Shown here: one piece after another, positions 6,056 to 10,634 of the stretch
How positions within the stretch are numbered: the stretch's first letter is position 1
Layout: the number at the start of each line of letters is the position of its first letter
Assembly (NCBI GenBank): GCA_045106895.1
Contig: JBGCFM010000250.1
Location: 1-10,634, forward strand
Source of the DNA: Polyangiales bacterium
GTDB lineage: Bacteria > Myxococcota_A > Polyangia > Polyangiales > Houyiibacteriaceae
Length of the DNA: 10,634 nucleotides
Direction of reading: 5' to 3'
Notes under the pieces: generated by a model
Databases searched by the model: none
What the model was told of the DNA's origin: nothing
The model's input: the letters and a program-made list of their open reading frames with translations, nothing else
Position numbers and translations under genes: made by a program

Positions 6056-8128
6056 CTATTCCGACAGCGTGCTGACGGGCGTCTCCGGGGGCGTCTCCGC
6101 CCAGACGCTCTCCACGCAAACCACCAGCAGACCGACGGCGGCGCGCAGACGTCGTCGAAATGTCCCGAGGGAGAGGCCCATCTCGAACGCGATGGCTAGC
6201 TGCTTGTCTGCGCGCTCGAAATAGGCGCGTGTGATCAGCTCTGACGCCTCGGGGGTGCTGCCGGTGGGTCTGAGACGCTTGTGCGCTTCCATCAGTAGAG
6301 CACGGATCTGCTTTGCCTTTTCTGTTGAGCGAAGATCGCCCAAGGCCGCGCCTAACCCGGACTGGCTGAGCCGTTCGTCATGTCGAAAGCAGCGCAAGGC
6401 TTCGAGGACGAGGGCCACCAAGTTGTCGTCGATGCCTTCCGGCGGAGGCATGATCGCGACCAGGGAGGTGTCTTCGTTGGCTGCCGCCGATGCGTCGATG
6501 AGAGGGGCCGCGAGGGCGATCATCCCGTCGACATCGCGCATCATTCGTTCGTGTCGCTCTTCGTTTCGAAAGTCGTAGCCGAGGACCATGTAGGGGTGAC
6601 CCTCGATCTCGAACTCCAGCTCTTCGATGCGATCCAAAAAGCCGAGCCGATGCCACAGGAGCCCCGAGGGATCACTCGGCGTGTGCACCACGTGGGCGTG
6701 AAGGGGAAAGCCGCGGGATGCGAACCCTGCGGAGGACGCGAACGCTGTGAGGTGTGCGAATACGGCGCTCGTATCTTGGTAGCCCTCGAGGGAGAACCAC
6801 CAGCGGACGATTCGTGGGCCTTCTCCATCTGGAGCAAGGGCGACGAGTTTTGTGGCTGCGGGGTCCCGCTCCAAGTCCTCCGGCGTCAGCTTCTCGGGGT
6901 CCATCCAGATCACGACGCCCACGGGGTGCCCGGCGGGGCTCCGGAAGACATCGCAGAGTTCCGGAAAACGCCGCAGGTGCGCCTGTGCGATTTCTGCGCT
7001 CTTTGCGTCCTCGAAGCGCTCGACTGTTGCGAGGATGGGCGCGACGTCATCGCTCTTCAGCGCATCTCGATAGTAGGGGTCGGCGTGAAATCGATCGTAG
7101 AGTCCGTCGCCGGGAGGAAGGGCCCGCAGCGTGAAGCCGATGTCGAAGTAGATCTGATGCCGGGCGTGAAAATCCGACTCGATGCGGCCGCGGTTGATGG
7201 CACCGGCGATGGTCCTCCGCACGAGCGTGGAAAGCTCAGCCGGCATCTCTGCGCGGAATCGCTCGAGGAACGCCGTGCGGTAGAGATCGTGGAGTCGCCA
7301 GCGCCCACCGACGCACTCGATAAATGCGTGTCGGCGCAGGCGGGTGAGAAACGTAGATTTGCCAACGATGCGCACGAGCTCGCTTTCTGCGATCCAGTGC
7401 CCGAGGCAGAGCGCAGCCAGTGCGAGGCGCTCGTCGTCTGGCACGCGGTCTGTGACTTCCGCCAAGAGCTGCGGATCTCGTGTCTTGCCGTGTCGCTCCT
7501 CGGGGGACTCAGACGCGAGACAAGCGAGCGTGAGCGCGTGGCCCTGAGCGAGCTGAACCAGTTGATTCTGCTCGTGCGCGGGAACCGAGCGCGCCGTGAG
7601 CAGTGCGTGCGCTTCGTTGCCTGTGAGCGGCGGCAGCTTGTAGGTCTCAAGAAGCTGGGACCAAGCCGGGTCGTGACCCCAATCGGGACCCATCACCTGA
7701 CGACCGGCGAGGACTACTTTGATTTGGCTCGGCGTCTGCGGGAGGATTCGGTCGCGATAGATCCGTTCAAGGCTCTCGTGAGACTCAAAGGTGTCGATGA
7801 GCAACACGCCCCGGGCGCTTTCGTCGAGCCCTCCAAACTGCGCGAGGGCTCCTCGGTAGGCTTCTTCGGCGAGCGTCGCGTCGGTGGGTACGTCACGAAC
7901 GTCGAGCCAAACCGTAGCGATGCCTTCTTTGCGCGCCATGGCTTCGAAGAGTCGAAGCGTCGTACTCTTTCCTCCGCCGCCGGGTGCGTGGATCGCGAGG
8001 ACGGCGGGGCCGGCTTCACCGGCCTCTAAGAGACGCTTGAAGTGTGTTTGCGCTTCGGTTCTCGCCACGACGGCGTTCTGCCGAATCGACGAAACCAAAT
8101 CACCAACCGTCACTGAGGATCCCGGCAC
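6056..8128 (-). CDS. P-loop NTPase with C-terminal HTH, probable STAND-like transcriptional regulator
   Basis: VVARTEAQ N-terminal motif; Walker A APGGGGKST; Walker B LLIDTFE; VVLAGR; LPPLT; QGHALTL (degenerate GxP); WRLHDLYR (MHD-like). C-terminal KQLAIAFEMGLSLGTFRRRLRAAV resembles an HTH. 690 aa. Confidence 0.8.
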   Translation of the reverse strand: MPGSSVTVGDLVSSIRQNAVVARTEAQTHFKRLLEAGEAGPAVLAIHAPGGGGKSTTLRLFEAMARKEGIATVWLDVRDVPTDATLAEEAYRGALAQFGGLDESARGVLLIDTFESHESLERIYRDRILPQTPSQIKVVLAGRQVMGPDWGHDPAWSQLLETYKLPPLTGNEAHALLTARSVPAHEQNQLVQLAQGHALTLACLASESPEERHGKTRDPQLLAEVTDRVPDDERLALAALCLGHWIAESELVRIVGKSTFLTRLRRHAFIECVGGRWRLHDLYRTAFLERFRAEMPAELSTLVRRTIAGAINRGRIESDFHARHQIYFDIGFTLRALPPGDGLYDRFHADPYYRDALKSDDVAPILATVERFEDAKSAEIAQAHLRRFPELCDVFRSPAGHPVGVVIWMDPEKLTPEDLERDPAATKLVALAPDGEGPRIVRWWFSLEGYQDTSAVFAHLTAFASSAGFASRGFPLHAHVVHTPSDPSGLLWHRLGFLDRIEELEFEIEGHPYMVLGYDFRNEERHERMMRDVDGMIALAAPLIDASAAANEDTSLVAIMPPPEGIDDNLVALVLEALRCFRHDERLSQSGLGAALGDLRSTEKAKQIRALLMEAHKRLRPTGSTPEASELITRAYFERADKQLAIAFEMGLSLGTFRRRLRAAVGLLVVCVESVWAETPPETPVSTLSE

Positions 8129-8134
8129 GGCGCG

Positions 8135-8140
8135 AGTCTA
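8135..8140 (-). promoter_or_regulatory. Candidate -10 box (TAGACT) of a leaderless transcript
   Basis: Minus strand TAGACT-CGCGCC-GTG(8128), with no Shine-Dalgarno sequence. Confidence 0.55.
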
Positions 8141-8159
8141 CCCCATTTGGCGACGAAAC

Positions 8160-8210
8160 TGAGCGGCAAGTGAGCGCGAAGTGAACGCCAAACGAGCGCT
8201 CCGCTGACCG
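8160..8210 (+). promoter_or_regulatory. Direct-repeat array at 11-bp pitch (candidate operator)
   Basis: TGAGCG 8160, TGAGCG 8171, TGAACG 8182, CGAGCG 8193, TGACCG 8205. The first three units are TGAGCGGCAAG / TGAGCGCGAAG / TGAACGCCAAA. Confidence 0.7.
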
Positions 8211-8219
8211 GCCCGCACG

Positions 8220-8225
8220 TAGGGT
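8220..8225 (+). promoter_or_regulatory. Candidate -10 box (TAGGGT) for the RCC1-repeat gene
   Basis: TANNNT 9 nt after the last repeat and 46 nt before ATG 8272. No recognisable TTGACA-like -35. Confidence 0.45.
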
Positions 8226-8271
8226 CCGTCCCTGTGTTGGAGCGGTATCCAACTCATCCTTGGGGGTGTTC

Positions 8272-10634
8272 ATGAGCTGGCGTGAGATTTCGTGTGTGTG
8301 TTCGTTGGTTGTCGTCCTTGGCTGTTCGGGGGACGAAGAAGGGCCCACGCCTATCCCGCCAGGTACGCCCGGGACACCAGGCGCTGCCGCCGCTGAAGGA
8401 GAGGAGGGGCCTGCTGCGCCTGTCGTTGAAGCACGCACGCACGATGTCTGCACAGGCCGTTATCACTCCTGCGCGATGCAGGCTGAAGGCAGCGTCTTTT
8501 GCACCGGCCGAAACCTAAACGGCCAGCTCGGAGACGGCACGACGCAAGAGCGCCATCGGATGGTGCCCGTCGCAGGACTCGTGGACGCCCGCCAAATCGC
8601 CTGCGGCAACGAACACACCTGTGCTGTGCGTGAAGGCGGCACCGTGGTGTGCTGGGGCCGCAACCACGAAGGCGCCGCGGGCAGCGACGGACTCGCCCAC
8701 ACGCCACGAGCGGTCCCTGGACTCACCGGCGTTGTTCAGCTCGCCCTCGGCGAAAACTTTAGCTGCGCGCGCCAGGCAGCAGGGACGGTCTCCTGTTGGG
8801 GAAAGAACGCGGACGGCCAACTCGGCACCGGCGAGACCGGTCCACAGGGCTCCGTCGCGCTCGTTCAGGGCCTGTCCGGCGCGACGGACCTGAGCGCCGG
8901 CCGCGCGCACGCTTGCGCCGTTCGGGCGGGCGGCGAAGTGGTGTGCTGGGGCTCCAACAGCTCCAAGCAGGGAGGCCTCGGCGAGAGCGGCTCCAGTCGG
9001 TCGCTCACGCCTCAGCCGATCCCCGGTCTTGCGGGCGTCGTTGATGTCGAGGCCGGCGGAAACCACACCTGCGCGCGGAGCGGCGACGCCGCCCACTGTT
9101 GGGGCCAGAACGACTACGGCCAGTGCGGAACAGGGCCCGTCGCCGAGGGTGAACGCCCCGAGAGAAACGTCCCCTCGCCCTTGGCCGTCGCGGCCCTTGT
9201 GGGTGCGGAGCAGATCGTCATCGCGTCGAAGCGAACCTGCTTCCGTGCCGAAGGCGCGGTGAAGTGTTTTGGCTACAACAACTACGTGGGCGAGCTCCTT
9301 GGCGTCGGCTCGGAGGAGGAGATGGTCCTCGAGCCTGCCCTTGTCACCGGACTGACCGACGCCACGCACATCGCGACCCATGACGATCACGCCTGCGCCA
9401 TTCGCGGCGAGCGTCTCGCATGTTGGGGCGCGGGTTCCCACGGGATGCTCGGTAACGGCGAAGCGCGTTCCGCCAAGACGCCTTTCGAGGTCGCCAGCGC
9501 CATCGCTACGATCACAGCGGACCCAAGCGTCGCGCCGACTCTGGCGCCGGTCGAGAGCGTCCCTGTCAGCGCGCATCTTGCGCTGGGTCGAAAGCACGTC
9601 TGCACCGTGATCGAGGGCGGTCGCGTACGCTGCTTCGGCGAGAACATGGTCGGTCAGCTGGGCATCGGCTCAACGCAGAGCATCGCGTCCAACGTCGAGA
9701 CCACGGTCCTTGGACTCGAAGCGGCCATCGAAGTCTCCGCCAACGGCGCGACGACTTGTGCGCTGCGCAATGGCGGCGAGGTTGTTTGCTGGGGCGAGCG
9801 CATCGGCGGCATGCCAAACACCAGCTCGCCTTACGTTGTTGGCACCGTCCCTGGCGCCGTTGAGCTTGAAGTCGGCGGGAGCTTCCTCTGTGTGCGTACC
9901 ACCGAAGGTGTCGTGCAGTGTCTCGGCGAGAGCCGGTCCGGTCAGCTTGGCCGCGGCGATCGCGAATCGAGCGAGACCTTTGGCCCTGTCCCCGGGGTGG
10001 AAGGCGCGACGCGGATCGCGCTCACAGACACTTCCGCCTGTGCGGTGGTCGCCGGCGGCGCCCTCCGGTGTTGGGGCAGTGGTCGCAACGGAGCGCTCGG
10101 CAACGGCGCCACGGACAACGCCATGAGCCCCGTCGATGGCGGGCTCCGCAACGTCGACCAACTCGACGGCGCCTACGCGAACTTCTGCGCTGTATCGCGC
10201 GGCCGCGTCTCGTGCTGGGGAGCCAATTCCGACGGCCAGGTTGGCAACGGCGAGATGAGCACAGACGGGGTCATGGCACCTGCGCGCATCGCGTCTCTTC
10301 GCGGCGTCGCCAACGTTCGCACCGGTGGTGGTTCTTCCTGCGCCGTGCTCACCAGCGGCGAAGCGAAGTGCTGGGGCGCCAACGCCTTCGGCCAAACGGG
10401 TCACAACGAGTCCGACACCGACGATGTCACGTCTCCCTGGGAGGTGCTCCGCTCCACGGACGCCGCCGTCGGCGAGTTCGGCCCTTACGCCACGATGGAA
10501 TGCGGCAGCAACTTCTGCTGCGGCCTTCACCGAGATGGCCACGTGTCCTGCGCCGGCAGCACGCCCATCGGCGGCAGCGGCGGGTTCCTCGGCATTGGGG
10601 CAACGCGCGGCACCACGCCCATCCCAGCGACTGG
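8272..10634 (+). CDS. RCC1/BLIP-II-like repeat lipoprotein with 14 blades (two beta-propellers), 3' end outside the window
   Basis: Hand-translated and open for 787 codons to the edge. Begins MSWREISCVCSLVVVLGC (lipobox VLGC), followed by a Pro/Gly/Ala/Glu tether. Then 14 repeats of the type HTCAVREGGTVVCWGRN..GQLG. GGGGGTG RBS upstream. Confidence 0.93.
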   Translation, partial: MSWREISCVCSLVVVLGCSGDEEGPTPIPPGTPGTPGAAAAEGEEGPAAPVVEARTHDVCTGRYHSCAMQAEGSVFCTGRNLNGQLGDGTTQERHRMVPVAGLVDARQIACGNEHTCAVREGGTVVCWGRNHEGAAGSDGLAHTPRAVPGLTGVVQLALGENFSCARQAAGTVSCWGKNADGQLGTGETGPQGSVALVQGLSGATDLSAGRAHACAVRAGGEVVCWGSNSSKQGGLGESGSSRSLTPQPIPGLAGVVDVEAGGNHTCARSGDAAHCWGQNDYGQCGTGPVAEGERPERNVPSPLAVAALVGAEQIVIASKRTCFRAEGAVKCFGYNNYVGELLGVGSEEEMVLEPALVTGLTDATHIATHDDHACAIRGERLACWGAGSHGMLGNGEARSAKTPFEVASAIATITADPSVAPTLAPVESVPVSAHLALGRKHVCTVIEGGRVRCFGENMVGQLGIGSTQSIASNVETTVLGLEAAIEVSANGATTCALRNGGEVVCWGERIGGMPNTSSPYVVGTVPGAVELEVGGSFLCVRTTEGVVQCLGESRSGQLGRGDRESSETFGPVPGVEGATRIALTDTSACAVVAGGALRCWGSGRNGALGNGATDNAMSPVDGGLRNVDQLDGAYANFCAVSRGRVSCWGANSDGQVGNGEMSTDGVMAPARIASLRGVANVRTGGGSSCAVLTSGEAKCWGANAFGQTGHNESDTDDVTSPWEVLRSTDAAVGEFGPYATMECGSNFCCGLHRDGHVSCAGSTPIGGSGGFLGIGATRGTTPIPAT

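Noticed and set aside
6380..8029. 549-aa plus-strand ORF
   Set aside because: Antisense shadow of the NTPase gene, typical of high-GC codon bias, with no recognisable motifs.
8515..10542. 360-aa and 290-aa minus-strand ORFs
   Set aside because: Antisense shadows of the RCC1-repeat gene.

Overview
High-GC window, probably from Myxococcota (inferred from the Cys-rich VWA and RCC1 lipoproteins and the sigma54 regulator). It holds seven genes. Two tandem paralogous VWA/MIDAS lipoproteins lie on the minus strand; the first runs off the left edge and is missing from the ORF track. Next come a divergent NtrC-type sigma54 activator, a DUF1801-like gene, a nitroreductase, and a P-loop NTPase with a C-terminal HTH (STAND-like regulator). 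Last is a divergent lipoprotein with 14 RCC1/BLIP-II-like blades, which runs off the right edge and is also missing from the ORF track. The non-coding DNA is the most informative part: (1) a sigma54 -24/-12 promoter with a candidate palindromic enhancer; (2) a degenerate 14-bp repeat array in a long leader; (3) a 284-bp palindromic element with 15-bp terminal inverted repeats and a 106-bp internal period; (4) a TGARCG direct-repeat array at 11-bp pitch between the STAND-like regulator and the RCC1 gene; (5) TANNNT boxes exactly 6 nt before three start codons, suggesting leaderless mRNAs. No CRISPR array, tRNA, rRNA or transposase was seen. All family calls come from reading motifs by eye, and novelty cannot be established without database searches.
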